A program made the translations under genes and the position numbers. Below the pieces are notes generated by a model. The model was given only the letters and a program-made list of their open reading frames with translations, did no database searches and was not told where the DNA came from. From a virus (taxonomy: Duplodnaviria; Caudoviricetes), in IMG/VR virus record IMGVR_UViG_3300049479_000313, positions 1 through 55,629 of that record: DNA of 55,629 bases. One strand, 5' to 3'. Every line of letters begins with the position of its first letter. Position 1 is the first letter of the stretch. Shown piece after piece: positions 45,710 to 54,119 of the stretch.

Positions 45710-46186
45710 ATGACCACACGAACCGCGCAGGTGGGTGACCTGCTCCTGATGGATGGGCGCATGCGGCGCATCATCCGCCTGAACGAAGCCACGGGTGTCG
45801 TGGACTTCGATCACCCGATTCCTGAAGACGACGCCCTGCGAGAGAAGACCATGACGCTGTGGAAGGCACGGCGTGACGCGTGGTGCGCCAAGGTAGGCAC
45901 GGTCATCCGATCGGGTGAGCTGAAGGTCGAGGGGCTGGATCCCGCGACGCTGACGTATGACATGCTGGACGCCGCGTACCGCATGCACGAGCCGCCCCCG
46001 GAGATGTCGCGCGCCGGGTCGATCGGTACGCAGTGGTTGGACTGGCTCGACGGGGCGAACTTCTGGGCGGTGCGGAATCGCATTGACGGCAAGAAGTTCA
46101 CGGCGGGCAACATCATCCTGCAATCTGCGGCCTCGCTCGCTGCCGGGGTGGCAGCGCCCGCGATCGCCGCCACCGTGGAGGGCTAA
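45710..46186 (+). CDS. Hypothetical protein
   Basis: GAGGAG RBS. Confidence 0.6.
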   Translation: MTTRTAQVGDLLLMDGRMRRIIRLNEATGVVDFDHPIPEDDALREKTMTLWKARRDAWCAKVGTVIRSGELKVEGLDPATLTYDMLDAAYRMHEPPPEMSRAGSIGTQWLDWLDGANFWAVRNRIDGKKFTAGNIILQSAASLAAGVAAPAIAATVEG

Positions 46187-46189
46187 GTC

Positions 46190-46642
46190 ATGGCGTCCAA
46201 CTTCATGCAGGGGGGCATCGCCCACTACCTCGGCAGCGGCAACTTCAACAGCGACACGTTGAAGATGATGCTGCTGAAGAACACCTACACGCCGAACAAG
46301 GACCACGACGCGGTCAGCGATATCAACGCGCACGAGTGCGACGCCACCGGGTACACCGGCGGCTTCAACGGCGCTGGGCGCAAGACGCTGTCGTCTCCGG
46401 CGGTGACGCTCGACGACACGAACGATCGTGCCGTGCTTGGCTCGGCCGATCCGGGGACGTGGACGTCTATCGGGGGTGCGACGAACAACACGCTCCGCTA
46501 CGGCGCGCCGATCAAGGAGATCACGAGCGACGCACTGTCGATCGTGCTCGCCGTGCTCGACATGGGCAGCGACAAGACCACGAACGGAGGCGACCTCACG
46601 GTGCAGATCGCAGCCGCTGGGATCGGGTACATCTCATGCTGA
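46190..46642 (+). CDS. Virion structural / tail-fibre-associated protein
   Basis: DTLKMMLL..YTP..DHD.VSD...E..GYTGG..L pattern typical of small phage structural proteins. Confidence 0.7.
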   Translation: MASNFMQGGIAHYLGSGNFNSDTLKMMLLKNTYTPNKDHDAVSDINAHECDATGYTGGFNGAGRKTLSSPAVTLDDTNDRAVLGSADPGTWTSIGGATNNTLRYGAPIKEITSDALSIVLAVLDMGSDKTTNGGDLTVQIAAAGIGYISC

Positions 46643-48732
46643 ACCTGAAGACACTGCGGTACTTGCTGGCGCTCGTGTTCGCCGCGCTGTGCGCGCTGGC
46701 CTTCGGCGCGGCGTTCCGGCTGGTGTCGGCGCAACAGTCTCCGTGCTACCTGCCGCAGCACTGGCAGGTAGACAGCCTGATCGCGGAGAGCCAGCGACGA
46801 TCACCAACCACGGGCGCGGTGCTGGCGCCCCGTGGGACGGTCGTTCGCCGATTGGCGACGCGCATCGATTCTATCGGGCTGTCGTGTGTGACGCCTCCGC
46901 CCGCGACAGGACCCAAGCCTACGTTGTCGCTGTCGTTGTCTGACACGGTACTGCGGAGTCGTCCGACGACTCCGTACATCGTGTTCGTCACGCCGAGCAC
47001 GGATTCAGCAGGCGTGAAGGGCGACGTCGCCACGTTCAGCGTGTCCGACACGACCGTGGCTTCGTTCTATTGGCTTGGACAGCAGAAGAAGCTGCAGGTG
47101 TCGAATGCGACCAAGGCAGGGGTGGTGACCATCACCGGGCGCTGGGGTTCTGCGACGGCGTCCGTGGCACTGCGCATCTCGCCCGGCTCGGCACCCACGA
47201 CACCGCCCATCGATACCACGACACCGCCCGGAACTCCGCCACCGACCGGCATCAAGCCGCCGGAGCTGCCAAGGGCGGTGGCGTCGTATCCTCTCGCTCT
47301 GCACGCCCTGCCCTGCACGGACCGGCCCACCACGACGGCCTCGCTGCAGGCCGTCCTGAACGCGGGTGGGTCTCGTGTCATCTGCCTCGGCATGGGGCTG
47401 CAGCTCGACGGCAACTGGCACGTCCCTGCACGGGCGGCGACCGACACCGGCTGGACGGTGCTCCGGGCCGACTCGCTGTTCACGCGCGGGCGCCCGGTGC
47501 TCGGCACGGAGCGGCTGCCTCGGCTGCGGCTCCTCGCCCGCAACCAGCCGGTGCTGCATTTCCGCTCGCGGTCGGCGCGGTGGCTGGTGCAGGGAGTGGA
47601 GATCACGACCGACTCGTCTGTAGCGACGACCTCGACCAATGCGATCGGGTACTTGGTGTTCGTGGGCGAGTACATCGCGGAGCGCACCCTCGCGGACTTG
47701 CCGCGCGACATCCACTTCTCGCACATCAACACCCACGGCTGGCCGCTACAGGACGTGAACCGCGCGCTCGCGCTCAACGGCGCCGGGCACGCGGTGCTCG
47801 ACTCGCGTTGCACGGAGATCCACCAGCGCAACTCTGACAGCCAGTGCGTCGTGAGCTGGAATGGTCCCGGCCCGTTCACGGTCCGCCAGAACGTGCTCGA
47901 AGCGTCCGCCGAAAACATCATGTTCGGGGGCGGCGATCCCGGCATCCCGGGGTTAGTCCCGTGTGACATCACGGTCGAGCACAACGTGCTCCGCAAGCCG
48001 ATCGCGTGGAAGTCGGTGGGCACGCCCACGCAGTCCGGGAGCTACAACATCAAGCTGCTGTACGAATCGAAGAACGCCTGTCGCTCGCTGGTGCAGTACA
48101 ACCGCATGGACGGTAGCTGGCAGGACGGACAGACCGGCTACGCCATCGGCCTCAAGTCGGTGAACCAGAACGGCGGGTGCCGCTGGTGCCGGGTCACGGA
48201 CCAAACGATCCAGTACAACACGATCGTCAACGTCGGCGCTGGGTTCGGCTTCGCCGGACGCCCGGAGCACTACCGGGTGAACCCGCCCGGCTTCCCGGTG
48301 GACACGGCGCTGTCGCGGGTGCTCGTGCAACACAACTGGATCGACTCGCTCAACGTGGCACCGTACAACGGCGACCAGCGGGGTATCCTGCTCGGCTGGG
48401 AGGCGCATGACATCCAGTTCGTCCGCAACACATGGGCGGGCGGGAACTACGGCCGCGAGTTCCTCATCTTCAACTTGCCACCGGGTCCAGCCGTTACGGG
48501 CTTCCGGTTCGATGACAATGTGATGCCGGTCGGCGTCTACGGCGTCGGCGCGTCCGGGGTTGGCGAGGGAAGTCGCGCGCTCGCGGGCGCCGTGGCGGGC
48601 ACCATGAGCTTCCAGCGAAACGCCTTCATCGGGAACCCCCGCGCCAACTACCCGGCCACGACCACGTGGCACGCCTCCCTCGCCGCCGCGCTTGCGAGCG
48701 GCGCAGGCACCCCCAGCCGACCTGTCCCATGA
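46636..48732 (+). CDS. Signal-peptide-bearing protein with an Ig-like domain, Pro/Thr linker and right-handed beta-helix (pectin-lyase-like) domain
   Basis: Hydrophobic N-terminus ending VSA-QQ; SDTTVAS Ig-like segment; PPIDTTTPPGTPPP linker; Asn-ladder repeats (WNGPGPF, ENIMFGG, YNTIVN). Confidence 0.75.
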   Translation: MLNLKTLRYLLALVFAALCALAFGAAFRLVSAQQSPCYLPQHWQVDSLIAESQRRSPTTGAVLAPRGTVVRRLATRIDSIGLSCVTPPPATGPKPTLSLSLSDTVLRSRPTTPYIVFVTPSTDSAGVKGDVATFSVSDTTVASFYWLGQQKKLQVSNATKAGVVTITGRWGSATASVALRISPGSAPTTPPIDTTTPPGTPPPTGIKPPELPRAVASYPLALHALPCTDRPTTTASLQAVLNAGGSRVICLGMGLQLDGNWHVPARAATDTGWTVLRADSLFTRGRPVLGTERLPRLRLLARNQPVLHFRSRSARWLVQGVEITTDSSVATTSTNAIGYLVFVGEYIAERTLADLPRDIHFSHINTHGWPLQDVNRALALNGAGHAVLDSRCTEIHQRNSDSQCVVSWNGPGPFTVRQNVLEASAENIMFGGGDPGIPGLVPCDITVEHNVLRKPIAWKSVGTPTQSGSYNIKLLYESKNACRSLVQYNRMDGSWQDGQTGYAIGLKSVNQNGGCRWCRVTDQTIQYNTIVNVGAGFGFAGRPEHYRVNPPGFPVDTALSRVLVQHNWIDSLNVAPYNGDQRGILLGWEAHDIQFVRNTWAGGNYGREFLIFNLPPGPAVTGFRFDDNVMPVGVYGVGASGVGEGSRALAGAVAGTMSFQRNAFIGNPRANYPATTTWHASLAAALASGAGTPSRPVP

Positions 48733-48920
48733 TGAACCTGTCTACTGCCACGCCGGAGCAGCTGCGCGACCGCAACAACGAGTTGGGGCAGGCGCAGCTC
48801 GACTTGCGCGCGAAGTTCGACGCCGAGCGCGAGGCCTTGGAGGAGGCGTTTCTCGCGGCGCGCACGGTGATCCGTGCCGAGCGCGAGGCCATTGCCAACG
48901 AACTCCACGCGCGAGGATAA
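48729..48920 (+). CDS. Small coiled-coil protein
   Basis: ATGA coupling. Confidence 0.55.
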   Translation: MMNLSTATPEQLRDRNNELGQAQLDLRAKFDAEREALEEAFLAARTVIRAEREAIANELHARG

Positions 48921-48925
48921 CGCCC

Positions 48926-49426
48926 ATGTCTTCACTTTCTATTGGCCACGCCTCCAGCGGTGCGACGGGGCCGGTCGCACTGGCGCCGAGCGCCAATCCG
49001 TATTACCCGCTGGGGTGGTCGGCGCCGAGTGATCGCCCGTTGCAACTCGGTCGCGCTGCGCTCTGTCTGATGGGCAACAACGCGAACGACACGGCGCTGA
49101 TCGTGCGACTGGTGCAGGCCGACACGCAGGGCACGAGCGGGTCGGATCTGGATCCGGCGTACGATGACCAGCGCGTGACGGCGACCGCCCCCGATGGCCA
49201 GACGAACATGTCCGGCACCTCGACCAGCGTGCCAAACGGCAACGTGCGGCGCCTGTTCGGGCCGATCTCGCTGCATCCGAGCGACAAGTGGTTCGGGGAG
49301 ATCGTAGACGCCGAGGGCAACCCGATCGTGGTCCCAGCGGGCAAGGTCGCCGCGTGGGAAGTGCTCAACCCGGCGACCAATGCCGGGACGCCGAGCATCA
49401 CCATCGAGCAGAACATGAAGGACTGA
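48926..49426 (+). CDS. Hypothetical virion protein
   Basis: GAGG RBS; beta-rich. Confidence 0.6.
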   Translation: MSSLSIGHASSGATGPVALAPSANPYYPLGWSAPSDRPLQLGRAALCLMGNNANDTALIVRLVQADTQGTSGSDLDPAYDDQRVTATAPDGQTNMSGTSTSVPNGNVRRLFGPISLHPSDKWFGEIVDAEGNPIVVPAGKVAAWEVLNPATNAGTPSITIEQNMKD

Positions 49427-49431
49427 CCCCT

Positions 49432-50364
49432 GTGACGATCATCGTTCGGCCCAGCGGGCACCGGCACCGGGGGCGCTTCTACGACAACGTTCCCTATGTC
49501 GTCGGTGGCACGGCGGAGCAAGTGCTCGACCTGTACCTGCCGACCAGCCGGTTCGGCGGGGGTGCGTTGTTTGCGCCCCCATACCCGCTGGTGATGTTCT
49601 TTCACGGTGGCGGCTGGCAAACGGGAAATAACAACATCGGCCCAACCCATGTCGTGCGCGCGATGACCGCGCAGGGCTGCGCCGTGGCGTCGATCAACTA
49701 CACGCACTCGGGGACGACGGGCTGCTGGCCACAGTACATCTACGACCTCAAGGCGGGCATCCGATTCCTGCGGGCCAACGCGGGGAAGTTCCTGCTGGAC
49801 GCCAAGCGCTTCATGACGTGGGGCTACTCGTCCGGGGCGCATGGGTCGATGATGTGCGCGCTGACGGCGAACGGCTCGCCGCGCGACGGTGCGATGGGCA
49901 ATGGCTCTGTCAGCGAGAGTTTGCTGGGGGCGATCATGTGGGCAGCGCCGGTCAACTTCATCGAGCGTGACGCCGACTATGTGACTCTGAACGCGCCTCC
50001 TTACTCGCTGGGGCTCACGCCTGCGCATACGACCTGCGCGACCGACAGCCCGGAGGCGAAGCTGTTCTGGGGGTCGAGCAACACGACCCTTACGCCCTGC
50101 TCGGGCGCGGGCCTCACGCTGTCGGCGGAAGCCAACGGTGAACTGCTGCTGGCCTATGGGGCGCCCTCGCTCTACTGGGGGCATGGCGAACTCGACGCCA
50201 CGATTCCGTTCCTGCAATCGGAGCGGGCGCACGCGGCGGCGGTGAGCCTCGGGATTGATTCGACCTACACGAAGTACACGGGCCTGACGCATGGCTCGAT
50301 CACGAGCGACGCAACCTCTGTTGCCGACGCGCAAGCGTGGGCACGCACCCTTCTCGCCGCCTAA
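49432..50364 (+). CDS. Alpha/beta-hydrolase carboxylesterase (HSL/BD-FAE-like)
   Basis: LDLYLP, FFHGGGW oxyanion motif, GYSSG nucleophile elbow, HGELD..IP, THG; GTG start. Confidence 0.88.
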   Translation: MTIIVRPSGHRHRGRFYDNVPYVVGGTAEQVLDLYLPTSRFGGGALFAPPYPLVMFFHGGGWQTGNNNIGPTHVVRAMTAQGCAVASINYTHSGTTGCWPQYIYDLKAGIRFLRANAGKFLLDAKRFMTWGYSSGAHGSMMCALTANGSPRDGAMGNGSVSESLLGAIMWAAPVNFIERDADYVTLNAPPYSLGLTPAHTTCATDSPEAKLFWGSSNTTLTPCSGAGLTLSAEANGELLLAYGAPSLYWGHGELDATIPFLQSERAHAAAVSLGIDSTYTKYTGLTHGSITSDATSVADAQAWARTLLAA

Positions 50365-50379
50365 CGCGGAGACTCGGCA

Positions 50380-51207
50380 ATGGCTGACAATTTCCCCCTG
50401 ACACCCGGCACGGGCCGCAAGGCCGCGACGGATGACGTGACCTACTCGGGCGAAGCCGCCGACGTGCAGCTCGTGCGACTGGTCGGGGTCACGGGCGCGG
50501 AGGGCAGCAAGACGGTCGTCGAGCCTCCCGCCGTCGATGAGACGTATGGGTTCCCGATAGACGTGAAGCGCACGCCCGCGACCTTCGCAGAGGACGCGGC
50601 GCATGCATCAGGTGACCTCGGCGTGCAGGTACTGTCGGTGCGACGCGACACGCCAGCCGGATCAGCGGGCACGGCGGGCGATTATCAGCCCCCGACGACC
50701 GACGACCTCGGGCGCACATGGGTGCGCTCGGAGTTGAAGAAGGTGGTCGCCGTCACGCCGACCGTTTCGACGACGGCGTACACGGCGGGCGATCAAGTCG
50801 GTGGCGTCATGCCGTTCGCAGGGATGGCGCACCAGAACGGTGGGCCGGGGCGCATCGTCGGCGCGTCGCTTGTGTCGGCAGATACCGAGTTTCCCCCAAT
50901 TGAGCTGTGGCTCTTTCGCAACTCGCCCACGATGGTCGGTTCCGACAATGCGGCGTTCGATATCACGGATGCGAACATGCTGACCGCCGATTTCATCGGG
51001 ATCATCGACCTGTCGGCGTGGCGGGCCCTGACCTCCGGTGGTGTGGCGTATGGCATGAACGGCGGGTTTGCGTTAGGTGGGGCGCCGATGCATTACCTGT
51101 GCGACACGGACGACACGGCCATCTATGGGGTCATGGTCACGCGCGCAGCGCAGACGCTGGCGAGCACGTCGGACTTCAAGGTCACGCTGCTCACGGTGCT
51201 GGAGTAA
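50380..51207 (+). CDS. Hypothetical virion/tail fibre protein
   Basis: AEDAAHASGDLGV..L.VRRD and AYTAGDQVGG segments of the kind seen in phage fibre modules. Confidence 0.6.
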   Translation: MADNFPLTPGTGRKAATDDVTYSGEAADVQLVRLVGVTGAEGSKTVVEPPAVDETYGFPIDVKRTPATFAEDAAHASGDLGVQVLSVRRDTPAGSAGTAGDYQPPTTDDLGRTWVRSELKKVVAVTPTVSTTAYTAGDQVGGVMPFAGMAHQNGGPGRIVGASLVSADTEFPPIELWLFRNSPTMVGSDNAAFDITDANMLTADFIGIIDLSAWRALTSGGVAYGMNGGFALGGAPMHYLCDTDDTAIYGVMVTRAAQTLASTSDFKVTLLTVLE

Positions 51208-51215
51208 GCGCAACG

Positions 51216-51950
51216 ATGCCATCGCGCGACTTCGAGCGTGGGTCATCGCACCGACTCGGCACGGCGAGCACGGTCAACACGGGCGCGAACGCCTTCACGC
51301 TCGCGGCGCTAGTGACCGTCGAGTCATTGCCGGGCGCGGCGGCGTACCACGCGGCTATCGCGCTGAACTCGGCTACTGCGGCGCGCGAGATCGTGCTCGA
51401 CCTTAATGGCGACACTGGGCCGGGGACGCTCGCGCTGAAGGTGGGCGCAACGCGCGTGGTGCCTTCCACGTCGATCATCCCAAGCACGGATGGGCGCTGG
51501 ATGATCCTCGTGGGGAAGAAGGCGTCGGGTACGGTCAACGCCGACTTCATGCTGTACGACTTCACGACGCAGACGTGGACCGAGTTCAGCACGTCGGGCA
51601 CGGTCGCAGACCGCACGGCGGGGGCCACCGACATGAACGTGGGCTCGGATGGCGCGGCGAACTACTGGGATGGGCGCATCGCGCTCGCCATGTACCTGCC
51701 CGAGAATGTGGCGAAGGAACACCTGTACAAACTTGCCATGAGTCGCTCCGAATGGTACGCGCTCTTCGGTGGCGGTGGTCCGGTCACGCGCGCCTATCAC
51801 TCACGGCAGGCCAATCAGGCAGGGTCGTTGTTCGACCTAACGATCCCCCAAGTCAATGGGGGCGACATTGACCTCGGGTCAGTAACCGTCGTCTACACCA
51901 CCGGGACGGCGCCGCCGGTCGATGGCACGCCCCTGCCGCCGGGGTTCTAG
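51216..51950 (+). CDS. LamG/concanavalin A-like domain protein
   Basis: AFTLAALV, DGRW..L, VGSD....WDGRIA. Confidence 0.6.
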   Translation: MPSRDFERGSSHRLGTASTVNTGANAFTLAALVTVESLPGAAAYHAAIALNSATAAREIVLDLNGDTGPGTLALKVGATRVVPSTSIIPSTDGRWMILVGKKASGTVNADFMLYDFTTQTWTEFSTSGTVADRTAGATDMNVGSDGAANYWDGRIALAMYLPENVAKEHLYKLAMSRSEWYALFGGGGPVTRAYHSRQANQAGSLFDLTIPQVNGGDIDLGSVTVVYTTGTAPPVDGTPLPPGF

Positions 51951-51953
51951 GCC

Positions 51954-52976
51954 ATGTCGCTGCTCCTGATCCTGAGCAGCAATAGCGGGGGCAGCCCACC
52001 GGCCGACCCTGTTGTCTCGCGCGTCTATCGCGTGAAGTGGCACCGCCGCGAGCGTGTGCGTCGAGGGGTGCAGCTCATCTCGGCCGGGGAACTGGGACTG
52101 CCTCCCTCCCAGCTCGTCGATCTTCTAGCGGCAACCGCTGCCGCTGCGGCGCAGGATGTCACGGTATCGCAGGGAATTCTCGCCGCACTGGCGGAAGCCG
52201 CCGCCACGGCATCCGCGCAGGATGTCACGGTATCGCAGGCTCTTACCGTCATGCTTGGCAATGCCGCCGCCACGGCGTCGGCCCAGAACGTGTCGGTGTC
52301 GCAGGGGATCCTGGCCACCCTAACTGAGGCGACCGCGACCGCCACGGCGCAGAATGCCACGGCCATTCAGACGCTCGCCCTCATCCTGAGCAACGCCACG
52401 GCCACGGCCACGGCGCAGGACGTTCTCGTGTCCTCGGGCGAGATTGCCCAGCTGGCCGCTGCCGCTGCCGCTGCCACGGCGCAGAATGCGACCGCCGTGC
52501 TGGGCGGCATCCTCGCCACCTTAACTGAAGCCACGGCCACGGCCGTGGCGCAGAATGCGACCGCCGTGCTGGGCGGGCTGACGGCTCTCTTGGCGGCCGC
52601 GGTTGCTGGGGGCTCGGCGCAGCCGGTGAGCGTTTCCACGGGGGTCGTGGTCAGTCTAACTGAAGCCACGGCCACGGCCACGGCCCAGCCGGTGACGGTC
52701 GCTGGGGGCCTCGCGGCTGTGCTTCTTCCGGCCACGGCCACGGCCACGGCCCAGCCGGTGACGGTGATGTTCGGCGGGGTGTCTGTTAACCTGACGGCCG
52801 CTGTGGCCGCTGCCACCGCGCTCGGCGTCGACGTCGTCACCTATGTGGCGGACTTGGCCGTGGTACTCGAGATCGCCCCGTCGCTGCGATTGGTTCTCCT
52901 CTCCGGGGATCGGTACGCCACCACGGCCGAGCTGAGCCCCTCGCTCGACCTCACCCTTCGCTCCACGCCCACATGA
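51954..52976 (+). CDS. Ala/Thr-rich repeat protein (about 22-aa repeats), tail-fibre-like
   Basis: Repeated L.EATATATAQ(N/D/P)VTV..G; DNA repeat GCGCAGGATGTCACGGTATCGCAGG with 66-nt period. Confidence 0.75.
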   Translation: MSLLLILSSNSGGSPPADPVVSRVYRVKWHRRERVRRGVQLISAGELGLPPSQLVDLLAATAAAAAQDVTVSQGILAALAEAAATASAQDVTVSQALTVMLGNAAATASAQNVSVSQGILATLTEATATATAQNATAIQTLALILSNATATATAQDVLVSSGEIAQLAAAAAAATAQNATAVLGGILATLTEATATAVAQNATAVLGGLTALLAAAVAGGSAQPVSVSTGVVVSLTEATATATAQPVTVAGGLAAVLLPATATATAQPVTVMFGGVSVNLTAAVAAATALGVDVVTYVADLAVVLEIAPSLRLVLLSGDRYATTAELSPSLDLTLRSTPT

Positions 52977-53323
52977 GCACCGCCTTCGCCCCTCCGGAGC
53001 TGAGCCCGGGCAATGACTCTGACGTCTACGCCCACTTCACCAAGCGCCACGCCACCACGCCCCGGCTCCGCGTCGGGGCCACGGGCCTCACGGTCAGCGC
53101 GTACCTGTCGCTCACGTTAGGCGGCGCGGCCATCGGAGGCACGACAATCAGCTGCCCAGAGATCGGTACCGACGGCGAGTACCTCGGCGTTCTGACCGGG
53201 TCCCTCTTGACCACGGCGCTCGCCGCGCTGGCGGACGGTGCTTCGATCTACCTCGCCATCCTGGTGGGCACGTCGGTGCATCAATGGCGCGTGTGCGTGG
53301 TGCGCAAGCACCCAACTAGTTAA
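52973..53323 (+). CDS. Hypothetical protein
   Basis: ATGA coupling. Confidence 0.6.
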   Translation: MSTAFAPPELSPGNDSDVYAHFTKRHATTPRLRVGATGLTVSAYLSLTLGGAAIGGTTISCPEIGTDGEYLGVLTGSLLTTALAALADGASIYLAILVGTSVHQWRVCVVRKHPTS

Positions 53324-53345
53324 CGGAGGAAGGCCCGGGTATGTT

Positions 53346-53377
53346 TGTGGCCCCCAGTAGGGGGCCACACGACTTTT
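53346..53377 (+). terminator. Probable rho-independent terminator of the late operon
   Basis: TGTGGCCCCC-AGTA-GGGGGCCACA stem followed by CGACTTTT. Confidence 0.6.
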
Positions 53378-53396
53378 ACCCAACGGAGCACGACGC

Positions 53397-54119
53397 ATGA
53401 AGACGTTACTCGACCTCTCTGAGCGCGACATCACACGCATCAAGGAAGGCGCCCAACACTACGGCCCCAGCTGGAAGCAGCGAGGTGGGGCCGGGGCCTA
53501 CATGGTGGGCATCCGCAAGTGGGACCGCATAGCGCATCGCCTACGGGAAGGCAGCTGGGGCGCGGTGATCGCGGCCGACCGGCGCGCGGAAGGCATCATG
53601 GATGACATCCGCGACCTGCGCTGCTACTTGCTGATGATGCTGGCCGAGCACGCCACCTTCGGGAGCGAGCACTGGCGCACGTCACTGGCCTATGTGGACG
53701 GCGTGCCGGAGGCCATCTCCCGATGTCTGGCCGAACGGATCCCCAGCGAGTTCATCCCGGAACGGGCCATGGCCGAGGTGGAAACCATCGTCGAGATCTT
53801 TGGCTGGGACGTGTTCCGCGCGCTGGAAGTGAACGCCGGGCTCCGCCCCAAGCTGCAGCAGATGGTGGCCTTCCTGTACGAGGTGGATCTGGTCCACGGC
53901 GAGGACGTGCCCGACGTGCTCAAGGGCGACCGCGCGGACCTCGTGACGCTGTACCTGCTCCGCAACGGGGAACGCCTGCTGTTCCCGGGGGAGATTTTCA
54001 ACGCGGGGCTCAACACCGTGCGCAAGGCCCTGACCCTGGAAGGCGACGAGGTCATGCTGGCCACGGATGCCGTCGCGGCGGCGGTGCGACTGCCCCGGAC
54101 GCGGATCATCGCGGAATGA
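53397..54119 (+). CDS. Nucleotide-modification-associated (Nmad1/DUF1599-like) all-alpha protein
   Basis: HYGPSWKQRGGAGAYM..RKWDRI...EGIMDDIRDLRCYL, a signature I associate with hmU-phage modification loci. Confidence 0.65.
   Translation: MKTLLDLSERDITRIKEGAQHYGPSWKQRGGAGAYMVGIRKWDRIAHRLREGSWGAVIAADRRAEGIMDDIRDLRCYLLMMLAEHATFGSEHWRTSLAYVDGVPEAISRCLAERIPSEFIPERAMAEVETIVEIFGWDVFRALEVNAGLRPKLQQMVAFLYEVDLVHGEDVPDVLKGDRADLVTLYLLRNGERLLFPGEIFNAGLNTVRKALTLEGDEVMLATDAVAAAVRLPRTRIIAE

Noticed and set aside
17074-50604. Long minus-strand ORFs (e.g. 17074-18612, 35073-36959, 40307-42370, 49003-50604)
   Set aside because: Antisense shadows of high-GC plus-strand genes, with no motifs and biased Arg/Ala/Gly/His composition
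51954-52976. Periodic DNA repeats resembling a CRISPR array or a DGR template/variable repeat pair
   Set aside because: The repeats are in frame, degenerate and encode a 22-aa protein repeat; there are no unique spacers, cas genes or reverse transcriptase
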